From Malacoraja senta (Eukaryota), in assembly GCA_038087875.1 (NCBI GenBank), contig CM075989.1:16184001-16244000 (forward strand): 60,000 bases of DNA. Reading direction: 5' to 3'. This document shows positions 38,317-52,494 of this stretch, in pieces (the first letter of the stretch is position 1; every line of letters begins with the position of its first letter). The notes under the pieces were generated by a model. The model saw nothing but the letters and a program-made list of their open reading frames with translations. It was not told the DNA's origin and did not search any database. A program made the position numbers and the translations under genes.

Positions 38317-40390
38317 ATGAATGAATAAGTTTATTGGCCAAGTTTTCACATACAAGGAATTTGCCTTGGTGCTCTGCCCACGTGACAATATGACATTCAG
38401 TGACAGTTAAGAATGATACATAAAATACACATGTTGTGGATAATGAAGTAGATTTTCAAAGTCTACAGAGAGATTTAGGCCATTTGGAAGAGTGGGCTGA
38501 AAGATGGCAGATGGAGTTTAATGCTGATAAATGTGAGGTGCTACATCTTGGCAGGACAAATCAAAATAGGACGTACATGGTAAATGGTAGCGAATTGAGG
38601 AATGCAGTTGAACAGAGGGATCTAGGAATAACTGTGCATAGTTCCCTGAAGGTGGAATCTCATGTAGATAGGGTGGTAAAGAAAGCTTTTGGTGTGCTGG
38701 CCTTTATAAATCAGAGCATTGAATATAGAAGTTGGGCTGTAATGTTAAAAGTGTACAGGGCATTGGTGAGGTCAATTCTGGAGTATGGAGTACAATTTTG
38801 GTCGCCTAATTATAGGAAGGATGTCAACAAAATAGAGAGAGTACAGAGGAGATTTACTAGAATGTTGCCTGGGTTTCAGCAACTAAGTTACAGAGAAAGG
38901 TTGAACAAGTTAGGTCTTTATTCTTTGGAGCGCAGAAGGTTAAGGGGGGACTTGATAGAGGTCTTTAAAATGATGAGCGGGTTAGACAGAGTTGACGTGG
39001 ATAAGCTTTTCCCATTGAGAGTAGGGAAGATTCAAACAAGGGGACATGACTTGAGAATTAAGGGACAGAAGTTTAGGGGTAACATTAGGGGGAACTTCTT
39101 TACTCAGAGAGTGGTAGCTGTGTGGAATGAGCTTCCAGTGGAAGTGGTGGAGGCAGGTTCGATTTTATCCTTTAAAAATAGATTGGATGGGTATATGGAC
39201 GGGAAAGGAATGGAGGGTTATGGTCTGAGTGCAGGTAGATGGGACTAGGGGGAAGAAAGAAGGGGGAAAGGAGGAAAAAAAAAAGTGTTCGGCACAGACT
39301 TGAAGGGCCGAGATGGCCTGTTTCCGTGCTGTTATGGTTATATGGTTATAAAACATTAAACATTAATAATAAAACATTATTGATTAAACATGTGAATTAA
39401 ATAAAATACCAGAGCAAAAGGAGGCTACAGATTTTTGGTTATTGAGTAGAGCTACTACTCGTGGAAAAAAGCTGTTTTTATGTCTGGCTGTGGCAGCTTT
39501 GACAGTCCGGAGTCGTCTTCCAATGGGAAGTGATTCAAAGAGTTTGTGGCCAGGGTGAGAGGGGTCAGAGATGATCTTACCCGCTCGCTTCCTGGCCCTT
39601 GCAATGTATAGTTCATCAATGGAGGGAAGGTTGCAGCCAATAACCTTCTCAGCTGATCGAACGATTCGCTGCAGCCTCCGGATGTCGTGCTTGGTGGCTG
39701 AGCCAAACCAGACCATGATGAAGGTGAGGACAGACTCTACGATGGCCTTCTAGAATTGGACCATCATTGCCTGTGGCAGATTGTGCTTCCTCAGCTGCCG
39801 CAGGAAGTACATCCTCTGTTGTGCCTTTTTGACTGTGGAGTCGATGGTAGCCCCCCACTTAAGGTCCTTGGAGATGATGGTTCCCAGGAACTTAAAATAC
39901 TCCACAGATATGACTGTGGTGTTGTTGAAGGTGAGTGGGAGGAGGGAAGGGGGAGCTCTCCTAAAGATCAATTCCACTATCTTAAGAGCATTGAGCTCCA
40001 GGTTGATGCGATGGCACCAGGACGCCAGCTGTGACCCTTCCTGTCTGTAGGCAGATTCCTCCCCATCCTGGATCAGTCCAATCAGGGATGTGTCGTCCGC
40101 AAACTTGAGAAGCTTGACAGAGGAGTCTGTGGACGTGCAGTCATTGGTGTAGAGAGAGTAGAGGAGAGGGGAGAGTACGCAGCCTTGCGGTGCTCCTATG
40201 CTGAGGGTTTGCGGGTCCGAGATGTGCTTTCCCAGCCTCACATGCTGCTTCCTGTCTGTCAGGAAGCTGGTGATCCACTGACAGAGTGGTTCAGGCACAG
40301 TCAACTCGGAATGTTTGGAGTGTAGTAGCTCTGGCACAATGGTGTTGAATGCAGAGCTAAAATCAACAAACAAAATCCTCGCATAGGTCA
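38317..40390 (-). mobile_element. Rex1/Babar LINE, 5'-truncated, interrupted by CR1
   Basis: YARILFVDFSSAFNTI, GAPQGCVLSPLLYSLYTNDC and KFADDT. The 3' UTR resumes at 38317-38425 with a (TTCA)n tail. Confidence 0.88.
38432..39348 (+). mobile_element. Young CR1 LINE, 5'-truncated, nested in a Rex1/Babar element
   Basis: Uninterrupted 270-aa ORF (LQRDLGHLEEWAERWQMEFNADKCEVLHLG...FFTQRVVAVWNELP), followed by a 3' UTR with a (TATGGTTA)n tail. Confidence 0.93.
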
Positions 40391-43300
40391 TAATCCTCGC
40401 ATAAATATATAGCATGTCAACTCTTGACAGTTTTGTATAATATCACATCGGTAGCTGACACTACTCTTGGCATAATTTGGGATGTGATGCGAGTTGTCCC
40501 GCTAAAATCCTTTTTTATCCCAATCTTCCAATGGATTTGACTGATGGGAGTAGCCAGTTTCCTTCCAGACTTGTACATGAAACTGTAGATCAGCCCTACA
40601 GAACTTTAAAAGCATACCAATACTTAAAACTATGAAGAAACCTGTAGTCGGTAGAGCAGCCTCTACAGACAACTGCTGGAATTAGTTGTGATGGTTACTT
40701 AATGGAGAGCTTGGGAAGAATGAACCTGAGAGCCATTGGCGTTGTTCTTCTGGTTCAACAGTGAGTGATTGAGGTTGTCACTCTGTTCTTCAAAGCTTGC
40801 TGTTCAATTGGTTTGTTAATAAAGTAGTTTAATACAATGAATAGTAAAGGAAGCTTAATTTTAATTAATTACATTTAAATGGAGAGAACATAACAGCACT
40901 GAAATTTTGGTACAATTTACAGCACTAAAGTACAATGGAATTTTAAATGTGGGGTTGCTAGGCGATTTCCTTGGGTTTACCACAGTATAAATTATTTTTT
41001 GTGGGAAAAGGAATATAAAAATGCATAAACTGGCCATTTTAATTCATAGAACCTGTAGACAATGTTTTGTCATTTGTATCTCGCACACCTACTTAGTTTC
41101 TTGCCTTGTGCTCTCATTTAGTTTCTCTCCTCTTGTTCTTACAATCTCTTGCTTTCATTACATGCAAATCTCTTGCACTTGAATCATCTAAATAGAGAGA
41201 ATTTGTGGATGAGCAAGTACAGAGGTGTTCTCATCAAGGTGTTCTTGTGCATGAATCGTAAATTGTTAACAGGTAGTTGAGAAGGCAAATGGCACACTGG
41301 TCTTTATTGCAAGAGGTTTGGAGTTTAGACAAGGAGAAGTGTTGTTACAGTTGCGAACAGTACTGGTGAGACCACAGTTTTGACCCCTGTTTTTAAGAAA
41401 GGGTATACTGGCATTGGCAGCAGTCCAAAATGCTTTCACTGGGCTAATTCTTCAGATGAAATGGCTGTTCTTTCATAACCAGCTGCAAAATATTGTATTT
41501 TATTCTTTGGAATTTAGAAGAATAAAGAGTGATATTATGGAAATTCTTAGGGACATGACAGGGGAGATGCTGAGATTTTCTACTTGTGAAAGAACCTCAA
41601 ATGAGGTGACATAGTTACAGGATTAGGAAATTTCATTTAAAACGGAGTTGTATAACAGCTTCTCGCAGGGAATGGTGAAGCTCTGAAATTGTGAAGGTAT
41701 TTAAAGAGGAAGTAAATAATTTTTTGAAGGGAACTGATGGGTGTGGAGAATTTTCTGAGGAGGAGATGAAGACCTAAGGCAGGTCAACCATAATCATATT
41801 GAATGTAGGGGAAGACTTGAGGGGCTACCTTACCTCTCTTGTTTTCTTATGTGCAGCCTTTGTCTGCTGCATGTCTCCATCCATGAGGTTTGTGCACTTG
41901 CCACTTACACCATTGCTGCCAGGTCAATTACTGAGGATAAATTCGTGTAGGTTTCTCAATTTGTGTTATTTTTTCATCACCTGCTGCACACTGGTTTAGC
42001 AACCGTTTATATTTTTGAACTCTCTCGGTACACTCAATGATACTGCAGCTGAGTCACTGTGGATGAAGGGTATTGAGGTCTCCACTTGTTGTGCATTCTG
42101 TGCCCTTGTTGTCTTTGGTCCTTCCAGGTGTTGCTTTTCATCAGCACTAGCTTAAAGGGTTTGAAATGGAAAGAAAATTAGAGCTGAAACCAATCCTCGC
42201 CACACTCAGGCATTTACCAGCAAGTTTGAATGTGGCTGATACTCAGAATTGATTCAATTTTTCCTACCGACACCCATATTCCTAGGTTCCCTTTTAGAAT
42301 ATTTAAAAAATTGATGCCAGGACTGAATATAACTGTTACTGGGCCGGATAGCCCTCTGTGTCTAGATTTTGAGATTTAATTAAATTTTTGCTCATCCGAA
42401 TCCATAATAGTTTACCCGATGTCCCAAGATTATGCATCCGATGTCAAACTTCCTGGCTTGAGGAGAACACTTCTCGACAAATACCAGATCTGTCTCTTAA
42501 AATATCTGTACATTTCTGTCGGGTAATCTTAATTTCCAGAAAAGCCAATCTTAGGAACGAATCCAAGTGCAGGTGCCGAAAATAAAAACAGAAAATGCTG
42601 GAAAAAGTCAGCAAGTTGGACAGTATCTGTGAAAAGAGAATGACATTTTAACTCTTTCTCCACAGATACTACCAGATCTGTTGAATATTTCCAGCACTTT
42701 CTATTTTCATTTTACAGTTTCAGCATCAGCGGTTTTCTGATTATTGAGAGTTTCCTCTCCTGTACCGTTGTGCCTTCACGTTATCTTTCTGCATTTCATG
42801 ATGGTATATTAAGATCTATATTTGCTTAAACATAGGAGGACGTTTTGGCTCTAGTCTCTGATGGCTCAGAGTAATCTCATCTCCCCTGCTAATTCTCCCC
42901 ACATTCCCATCATCTCCATCCAGATTCCACCATGCACCAAAACAATGGGCAATTTATAATGGCCAAGTATGACCTGCTATCATTCATATTTCTGAGAAGT
43001 GTGAGGAAACGGGAACAACCACGGAGACCCACATTGTAATCGGGAGAACATGTAAACTTCATGCAGATAGCACTGGAGACCACCACTGAATCCTGGTCTC
43101 GGGGCTGTGAGATCATAGATCTACAAGCTGCTCAAATCCTCTTTGACAATGTCATTACTTGTCCTAACCATGGGAAATATTTTTCTATTTTTCTGTTTTT
43201 CTTACCAGAATGATTAACTTTGACTTTTCCCATGTTTCATTTCATTTGCCATTGTCTTAAATCCTCACTTAATTTCTCCACATTTGTTCATATGATCTTA

Positions 43301-45719
43301 TTATCAACCATGACTTTGTATTATAAGCAGATGTTCATTATTCATCTTAGTTCCTGTAATAGGTTGCAAATAGCCAAGAGCATTGTGGCATCCCACCATA
43401 ACAGCTTGCTAGTTCATGAGGTCATTATTCTTAACTTTTTTCTAGTCCTTTAACCAACACTGTCCAGCTTAATGCACGTTATTTTGCTCCCTTTTGCTTT
43501 GCATAGTGGCATATTGGATAGTGCTGCCACCTCAGTTTTAGTGGCTTGGGTTTGATCCAAATTCCAGGTTCGCTCTGCATGGAGGTTGTAAGTTCTCCTT
43601 GTTATTGCATGGGTTTTCTCCAGGTCCTTCAGATACTCTGGTCTCCTTTCATAGGAAAATAGGTGCAGCACCACCATTCAATATGATCATGGCTGATCAT
43701 CTAAAATCAGTACCCCCGTTCCTGCTTTTTCCCAACATTTCTTGATTCCGTTAGCCCTAAGAGCTAAATCTAACTCTCACATTCCAAAGTCATGTTGGGT
43801 GATGGATTAGGGGCAATTTACAGTTGCCAATTAGTGCATAGATGGATGTTACTAGTAGAATTGGTGAGAGTTGAGGTTTGTAAGAAAGAGGACATGTTAC
43901 TAGGGTGTAAATGGGGGAATAGGATAGATGAAATAGTACTGAGATCTTGCATAGATTTGATAGGATAAATGGCCTCATGTGTCGTGAGAAATATGAATAG
44001 TATTATTCACTGGGAGCAGTTCCAGCAGCTAATGCTTTTGAAAGATCAATATTAATGCATTTGCCATTTCTGTAGCCACCTCTTCTGGAAACAAATTATC
44101 AAAGCCAGGAAATATATTTTTTAAATCCCAGTTTCTTCAGTACTTCAGTCATTTGAAATTCATCTTTTTTTTATTAATCTCTTGATTCCCAATTATTTCT
44201 ACAAGTTTTTGTTTTCCAGGATGAGAACATGTAAAATATATTTATCCAAAGTCTCACTTTTATTTATTCCTCTCGTTCATTTTTTTTTAATCCCTTGCCT
44301 CTATATGAACTATTTTTACATAAATATGGAAGCTCCAACAATCCTATACTATATTTCTTATTGATCTGCTCTCATATTCTACCGCCTTGGCCTTTATCTT
44401 TTTTTTGGTCCCCAGTTGCTTGTTCCTAAAATATCATTTCCTCAGGCTTATAATCTACTAATGTTTTAAGCCTCTAATGCTTTTTTTAAAACTCTTTAGT
44501 TAGCCACAGATGCATTATTTTTCCCTGTTCACTTTATTTTTCAGCGAAAGGAACATCTGCAAATTATGAAACACTCCCATAGGTGTTTGTTTGCCTGCAG
44601 GGAAACTTTTCAATCTGAAGTTCCTATAACTTTAAAATAAACAATTTACACAAGTGTAAGGAGGGAATTACTCAAAGGTCAAAACTCTACTTTGTAACTG
44701 AATGGAATATTGACTGTGTTTTCTCTAGTAAATTCCTCATTATAAGATTAGGAATTAACCCTGTCCCCATGCAATATTAAACTCTGATAATCCATGATCC
44801 GATTATTCAGAAATCCTGATCGTGTGGCATTGGCTCACAGGGTAATATTTCAGTAACTTCCTTTCAACTCATCAGGTCCACCTTTCACCAACTCCCATTA
44901 AACCTACTGGGTTCACTGGAAAACATATTGTGATACCAGGATAGGAAGGAACTGCAGATGCTGGTTTACACCAAAGATAAGACACTAAAGGGTCTCAACC
45001 CAAAACGTCACCCATTGCTTCTCTCCAGAGATGCTTCCTGTCCCGCTGAGTTACTCCAGCATTTTGTGCCTATCTTTTGTGTTACTCTGTAACATGTATA
45101 GAAAATAAATGAATTATATGTTAGTTGGAGTAATAGTCAATAGTCTGCAAAAAATGCCAACCAAGCACTACCGAATCCCTGCATGCTCCATTAATGGAAT
45201 TTTACTGCTTGAATTGTTGTATATAATTGTCTGGATATCAAATAAAACAGTACTGGAAGTAGTCAGCAGGTCAAGCAACATTTTGTGGCGAGAGAAACAA
45301 AGTCAATGTTTTATTTTATTAGTCGACGTCACACTTAGAAAGTAGTACTCCTACCTCTCAATTCCAACAACCCACATTTGGTCCCTTGGTGCGGTCTGAG
45401 TGGAGTGTGCTTGTTCTCCCTGCAAGTGTTTGGGTTTCCCCCCTGAATCCTCTTGTTTCCTCTCGCATCCCAGCGATACGTTGTTTGATTGGCTAGCTTG
45501 CATTGCCCATAGTATTGGTGGGTGGGAGGAGAATTGGGGTGGAGATGATGGGCAGGTGAGAGAAGCCAAATTGCATGGAAATGGTGAAATGGATTATTCT
45601 GAGAACTGGTGTAGATTCATTGGGCTGAATGGCTACATTTATTGTAAGAAAATGGAAACAATGAAGTCAATGCCCCTGCATCATAACTGGAATATAAAGC
45701 AAGCAGGGAAGAGCTTAAA

Positions 45720-46860
45720 CAGGCAATCAGAAGCACTAAAAAGTGCCACGAAGTATCCATGGCGAGTAAGATTAAGGAGAAATGAAGGCATTTTATGCAT
45801 ACATTAAAATCAAGAGGGTCACTAGGGAGAGGATAAGGCCCACCCGAGGACAAAGGAAGGAATTTATAACTGGAGCTGGAGGAAATGGCTGAGAAAGTAA
45901 ATGAGTACTTCATATCAGTATTCACCAAGAAGAATAACATTGAGTATAGTGGCATCATGGAGGGGAATGTTATTATTCCTCTATAAGAAGAGGTGTTGGG
46001 TCTCTGGTGGAGCATAACAGGCCCCCCAGGCCCACAACATTTGTGCCGAACGTGAAGTCAAGACAATCTCATCCACCTGCATACAATCCACACACCCCCA
46101 TTCCCTGCATATCCATATGCCTATCCAAAAGTGTCTTAAATGCCACTATTATATCTGCCTCAACCACCAACTCCATGATGGAGGGGTGTGTTTCAGTCTG
46201 GAAGTATGTGACCAGTGGTGTTCTGTAAGAATCAGTGCTAGCCTCTGTTGCTTGGTATATAAATGTTTTGGATGAAAATATAGATGGGCTGATTAAGTTT
46301 GCAAATGACACAAAACTTGGCAGAGTTGCCAAAGAAGGTTGTCAAAATGTCCAGCAGGACATAGATCAGTTGGAAATATGGGTGGATGGAGTTTAATTTG
46401 GCCAAGTATGAGGTCTAGTATTTGGGTGGATTAAATGTAAACATATAGGAGCTTTAATGTATGGAGATCTTGGGATGCAAGCCCACAGTTGCCTGAAAGC
46501 GGCAACACAAGTGGATAGGGTGGCAAAGAAGGCGTATGGCATGCTTGCTGCCTTTGGTCAGGATATTGAGTATAAAAGTTGGGAAATATCCTTTGGAGAA
46601 TATGCAGAAAAGGTTCACCAGGATGTTTCCTGAATTAGAGAGTATCAGCTGCAAGAAAAGGCTGGACAGATTTAGATTGTTTTCTCTCAAGCGTCAGAGA
46701 CTGATCGGCAACTTGATGGAACTGTATAAAGTTGAGAGGCATAAATAGGGTGTATAATGTTTTTCCCAGAGTAGAAGTGTCAAATACCAGAACACACAGC
46801 TTTAGGGTAAAGAAGATGTATTTTACAGAGTAGCAGGTGCCTAGAATGTACTGCCAGTGG
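45720..46860 (+). mobile_element. Degenerate CR1 ORF2 fragments
   Basis: KFANDTKLG and MQKRFTRMFPEL...LDRFRLFSL remnants with many stops. Confidence 0.7.
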
Positions 46861-46863
46861 ATG

Positions 46864-47175
46864 TTTAGTTTAGAGATACAGCACAGAAACAGTCCCTTCG
46901 GCCCACCGAGTCTGCACCGACCAGTGTTCCCCGCACATTAACACTACCTGACTCACACTAGGGACAATTTACACTTATTCCAAGCCAATTTACCGACAAA
47001 CCTGTATGTCTTTGGAGCGTGGGTGGAAACTGAAGATCTCGGAGAAAACCCACGCGGTCACGGGGAGAAAGTACAAACTCCGTACAGACAGCACCAGTAA
47101 TCGGGATTGAACCCGGGTCTCCGGCGCTGCAAGCGCTGTAAGGCAGCAACGCTACATTGTTGTGCCACTGTGCCG
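46864..47175 (-). mobile_element. HE1/V-SINE-like SINE
   Basis: tRNA-like head, central conserved body and (TAAAC)n tail; homologous to 52495-52800. Confidence 0.8.
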
Positions 47176-47307
47176 GATGTGGTGGAAGCAAACATGATAG
47201 CGATGCTTGAGAGGCACTTAGACAGGCACCTGAGTTGACAGGGAATGAAGGAATATTGAATGCGTGCAAACAGGTGGGATCATGGTCTGAATGGCCTATT
47301 CCTGTCC

Positions 47308-48148
47308 AATTACAATTCAATTTATTTGTCATTTGGACCCCGTTGAGGTCCAAACGAAATGTCGTTTCTGCAGCCATACATTACAAACGAAAAGACCCGA
47401 GACACAACACAATTTAAACATACATCCATCACAGCGCTGTGATGGAAGGCAAAAAAACGTATCTCTCCACTGCACTCCCCCCCCCCCCTCCCCCCCCCCC
47501 GATGTCAGAGTCAAAGTCAAAGCCCCCGGCGGACGATGGTGATTGTCCCGCGGCCATTAAAGCCATGCCGGGTAATGCAAGGTCGCGCACCGGGTCTTGG
47601 TGTTAGAGCCCCGGCGCGCGCTCGCAAAGTCCCGCGGCCATTCCAAGCCGCGCGGGGCGATGATGTAAAGCCCCGCTCCAGGTGCTCTTCAACCCCGCAA
47701 CTCGGGCGGGAGAAGTCGCCGCTGCGGAAGCCCTGAAAAGCGGTCTCCCACCAGGGACCCGCGGGCCTCCGGTGCTGCCGTCCGCCAGACCCGCGGTTGT
47801 AGCCTCCGAATCTCCGGCGGTCGGGTCGCAGCAGCGCTCCACCCGCTCCGGACTCGGCCAGCCCCGTGACGGTGAGTAGTCCGCAGCTCCGCAACTGGAG
47901 CCCCAGGTCGTTCCTGCTGGAGGCCGCTCCACGTTGCCCAGCCCCAACGACAACGGAGACCCGACAAAGAAAAGGTCGGGTCTCCCGTGCAGGGGAAAGA
48001 TTTTAAAGTCCCCCCCCCCCCACCACCCCCACCCCCCCACACACATACCCCGACAAAAAAATAAAATAAAAACTACATAGAAACGAGACAAAAATAATAA
48101 AAAGACAGACGGACTGCAGAGGCCGCTGCTGACGAGAGTCGCGCCGCC
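47308..48148 (-). mobile_element. GC-rich non-coding retroposon-like insertion
   Basis: Sharp boundaries inside a CR1-type 3' end. The minus-strand 3' end has a hairpin, ATGACAAATAAA and a (TTGAA) tail. Confidence 0.6.
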
Positions 48149-49059
48149 CACACAACTGTGCTGGGCTGCACTGTTCTATGGAGAAAGCAGTCCATCTCCT
48201 GTTGGTTCCATGGCATTATGCCCCAGGAAACTATCTTGAATGCATTCAGTGAAGCCATGTCCCAACTACTTTTGCTGGTTTCAGTATTTCAGTCTACATG
48301 TAGATGAAAGCCTTGCCCCATTTCCATTTAATTGCTGCCAGTTTTACCAGAATATATTTCTTGGTTAATATTCTTTCCAATGTTATGGTATTAGGAGTTG
48401 CACAGTGGCACAGCTGGTGAAGCTGCTGCCTCATGGCACCAGAGACCTGGATTTGATCTTGACATTGTGTGTGTGAAGTTTGCACATTCTCCCAGAGTCC
48501 GCTTGGACTTGCTTGCTATTCATTCAGGGCCAGATCACCTCTCTGGTCATTGTTATTATCAAATCTACCCCACACCACTTCCTTTTTGGATGTGTTTTCC
48601 AAATCTGGGAATATTTTTTGCATTCGCTGGTCACCATGGAACTGCTGCTTGGTCAAATGTATTTATAATTATTCTTGTAATTAGCTTGTCTAACCTGTTA
48701 ATGATAGAAAATGGGTTAAGATGCAGTCAGAATTACAAATTAGAGATTTGGCCTTGATCTTTCCCCGTCAATGTATTTCTACTTGAACTGTCCTCTACTC
48801 CAAACTCTTTCCAGAACACAGATATGCTCTGTCAGAAATCTAAGGTAAGAATCACTGGTCATACCACATGTTTAACTATGTCTTGCAATCTATCTTGTGT
48901 GGAGAGACTTCATTGTTCAAAAGATTTTGATGTATGTGCTTTTCTTGTTGGTAAGATTTAGTCGGTGTATAATCAAATAATCTCAACAGTTTAGCATTAA
49001 GCAAATGTTAAGGGCATATTTAAAATACTATCTGTGATCTAATGTTAAATTACAGCTTT

Positions 49060-49260
49060 TTCTGTCTGCCTAGGAGGAAGTAAAAGATCCCATGGTGTTG
49101 TTTAAAGATCAGTGAGTTTTCATGGTGGCCTTGCTAACATTTGTCCGTAAATTAACCACGATAAACAGATGTTCTGGATTTTTTTATCTATCCTGTTTGT
49201 GTAACCTATACTCCACTTACTCCCGTCAGTATCATAAATGACTGCATTTCTTTTGAAAAC
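49060..49260 (+). mobile_element. Possible ancient DeuSINE (SacSINE1/AmnSINE1-like) remnant
   Basis: GTAAAAGATCCCATGG...GGTGGCCTTGCTAACATTT...AAACAGAT resembles the Deu domain as I recall it; not checked by alignment. Confidence 0.45.
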
Positions 49261-49606
49261 TAACCCATAGGTGGTAAAATGCTAGCCTGCTTCACTTGCT
49301 TCTCATCAAATGCTTTATTAGGTTTAACAGTTATAGGTTTTCCATTAGTTCTCTTTCCATTAGTTCTATTTGCATGCCTGTGTCTATTGTTTATTTCTTG
49401 ATCAAAGTTTACAAGTTTCTGCACCAGTGCTTTGCAAATTGATTTCTTTTTAACAATTCTTGTTCTGCATAGAATTATTAATTTATATAATCGATTAGAC
49501 TTTATGGCCGATTAAGTCTATGCTTGAATAGATCAGATATAATTAATGAAAATCCCAAAAACTGCATATGCTGGAAAACTCAAATAAAAACGGAAAATGC
49601 TGAAAT

Positions 49607-50000
49607 AGTTTAGTTTAGTTTATTGTCCTGTGCATCAAGGTACAGTGAAAATCTTTTTTGGTTGCATGCTATCCAGTCCGCGGAAAGATTACATGATTAC
49701 AATCAAGCTGCCCACAGTGTGCAGGTACAGGATAAAGCCAATAATGTTCAGTGCAAGTCCAGTAAAGTCCAATCAAAGATAGTCCGAGAGTTTCCAATGA
49801 GGTTGATGGTAGCTCAGGACTGCTCTCATCTGGTTGGTGATAGGATGGTTCAGTTGCCTGATAACAGCTGGGAAAATACTGTCCCTGAATCTGGAGGTGT
49901 GCGTTTTCACACTTCTGTACTTCTTGCCTGATGGGAGAGGGAAAAAGAGGGAGTTTCTGGCGTGAGACTCGTCCTTGATTATGCTGGTGGCCTTGCCGAG
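49607..50000 (-). mobile_element. Rex1/Babar LINE 3' fragment
   Basis: Reverse-complement homolog of 31930-32400 with a (TAAAC)n tail. Confidence 0.8.
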
Positions 50001-52494
50001 GAGTCAATAAACAATCAGCAGCACAGGCAGCATCTGTGGCAGGAGAAACAATTTAACGTTTCAGATCGCATCTCTTCATCAGACTTAATAGCAGAACTGA
50101 GGAATCAAAAATAACAGATCAAATGAAGAGACTCACCCAGACCTAAAACTTCAATTATTTCTTCCATCTCTTCCAGATGCTGTCTGACATGCTGAGTCTT
50201 TTCCAGCCTTTTCTGTTAAAAATATAATCAAATTTCTTTCCTTTTCCCCATTTTTGTATGGCTTTCCCTGCTTCAATTTTTTATCAGCTCTTTATTTGCT
50301 AATATATGGGTCTGCCTCAGCTACTCCAAATGACAAACGGGGACGATGATTCAACACCTCTAAATTAAATAAAATTATCCTTGATTTTAATTTTGTTTGA
50401 ACACTACACAACACTAACCTCAGCAAATGTGAACTTTGATGAATTGTATTTGGTTGATCTAAGAACTTCACGTATTATGGTTATTAATTTATTGCATGTT
50501 TAACAATTATAGTATATTATCTTTGTGTATTGTGTTTATGGGCTTGTTAAGATTAGTTTAGTTTAGAGGTACACCGCGGAAACAGACGCTTCGGCCCACC
50601 GAGTCCCCGCCGACTAACACGGCCCTACACGCACTAGGGACAATTTACAGTCTTTACCGAAACCAATTAACCTACAAACCCGCACGTCTTTGGACAAAAT
50701 AATAATTTCATTGTTCTGTTGTCAGTACATCTGACAACTAAACATTACCTTAACTCTTGTCTTGACTTGCTGTTACACCAGCAACAATTCCCAGCCAAAG
50801 CAAATAGTCTTTACCATTTCTTCTTTAAAAAAACTCTCCATGACGTATGGTAATCACTAAACTTAATTTTGTTCGTTGCAAGAATATTTTAAGTATCTTA
50901 GAATGTTCTTCATAGTACAACAGGTTTATCAACATTCATGGAGAGAAAGAGACAGTTTAACCTTTCAGACAGGATGTGGTAGAACTGAAAGATTAAGTAT
51001 TTCAATAGAAATTAAAAAAAGGGGCTGTTGCAAATTCATTGGATTTATTACACATTTATAATAATATTAAATGATCTTACACTAACTCTGAATCTTTAAA
51101 ATGACTTTGGATTATATTATTTGCCTCTTTTAGCTTTCCAAATTTTGCTAAAATACTGTATTTTTGGTCCACATTTTCAGTAAGAGCATAATAAATATCC
51201 AAAATAATATCTATTTTTCCTAATTGCATTTGTTAACCCTCTCTCACGTCCTTTTTAATTTTAGATCCAATATTTGCATACTTTGTGTGTCTTTATATAT
51301 CATTAAAATATGGAAATGCTTTGGGTTTTAGTTATGTTTAACTTAACAACAAATGTCTCAAGAGGCGAGGTCCACAAAAGCTAAAGCCATACATCTTCAA
51401 TTCCATCTGTTCAGAAATTCAGAGAAATCTGTTGTCTCGTTGTTTTTAGAGAAGAGTTACCTATTGGAACGAAGAACATTGGAGCATCAAGGTTTTTAAA
51501 ATTTATAGTGGATGCAACCAAATTGCACTGGCCTAGCACACGAGTGAAATTACATTTGCAGGTTTCTGCTAACTGGTAACCTTGCGGTGACAATCTATTT
51601 AGAGTAAGCCAAATACAACGTGAGTTTCCTTGTTTTGAACTTTTTAATCGGCTGACATTTTGCCAATCTGATCAGTGCAAATAGCATTCACTCCTGTGGA
51701 TTAAAATGCTGTTGTTTATGTTGAATAGCAGTCTGGCAGACTGCACCATATGGCAATTTAATCTTCGGTAGGCCATAAAAAAACAGACCTTTAGCAGGAT
51801 GTTAGTGTTTTCTGCAGGTTTGGACTTCTGGTGATTGGTACTACCTTTTTATGAGTAGTGCCAGTTTATTTTCTGTTTTGGGCATAGCCGCTGAGCATAA
51901 ATAAGAGGAATGAATTACTTTCATCCTTCATTTGCTTGTACATTAAAGTGGACATGAGTGAACAGAAGTTGCTCATTAACAGTGAAAATTCCAGGAAGCA
52001 GATGTTTTATTAATGAATGTTTTGGAACCCATATTAATGCGTTTCATCAGTTGAGTGAATATGTAGTACAACATTTTAGTTTTGGAGTTATTTCAGGAAT
52101 TACTATCCTTTAAAAAACAATGATTTTAGAAGCAGGAGTGCACGAGAAAGTTATTTAATCCAGGAGATTTTTGCAGAATTCCATTGCTCTTGGTTCTTTA
52201 AAAAAAAAATTGGATATAAGTTTGATGTGCACGTTGTTTTCAAGGTAGATATTTTTTTCTATTTGGATCTCTCAATTTCTTTTACTCAGGCTTTATTTGA
52301 GAAATGAGCCCATTATTAGTATATACAGAAGCTGATCGAGAGCCTGTTTCAGGCCAATCACTGAGATTTATATGACCTCAAGGTTGGATAATTCATTATT
52401 AAAACTGGTATATTAATGGAATACAATTACTGCATGTTGTCAAACTTCCTACTGTTTTGGCAGATTGACAGTTTGAAATTCAGCCTCTAACCAC

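Noticed and set aside
47517..48151. ORFs of 117-182 aa
   Set aside because: GC-rich repeat interior with no protein motifs.
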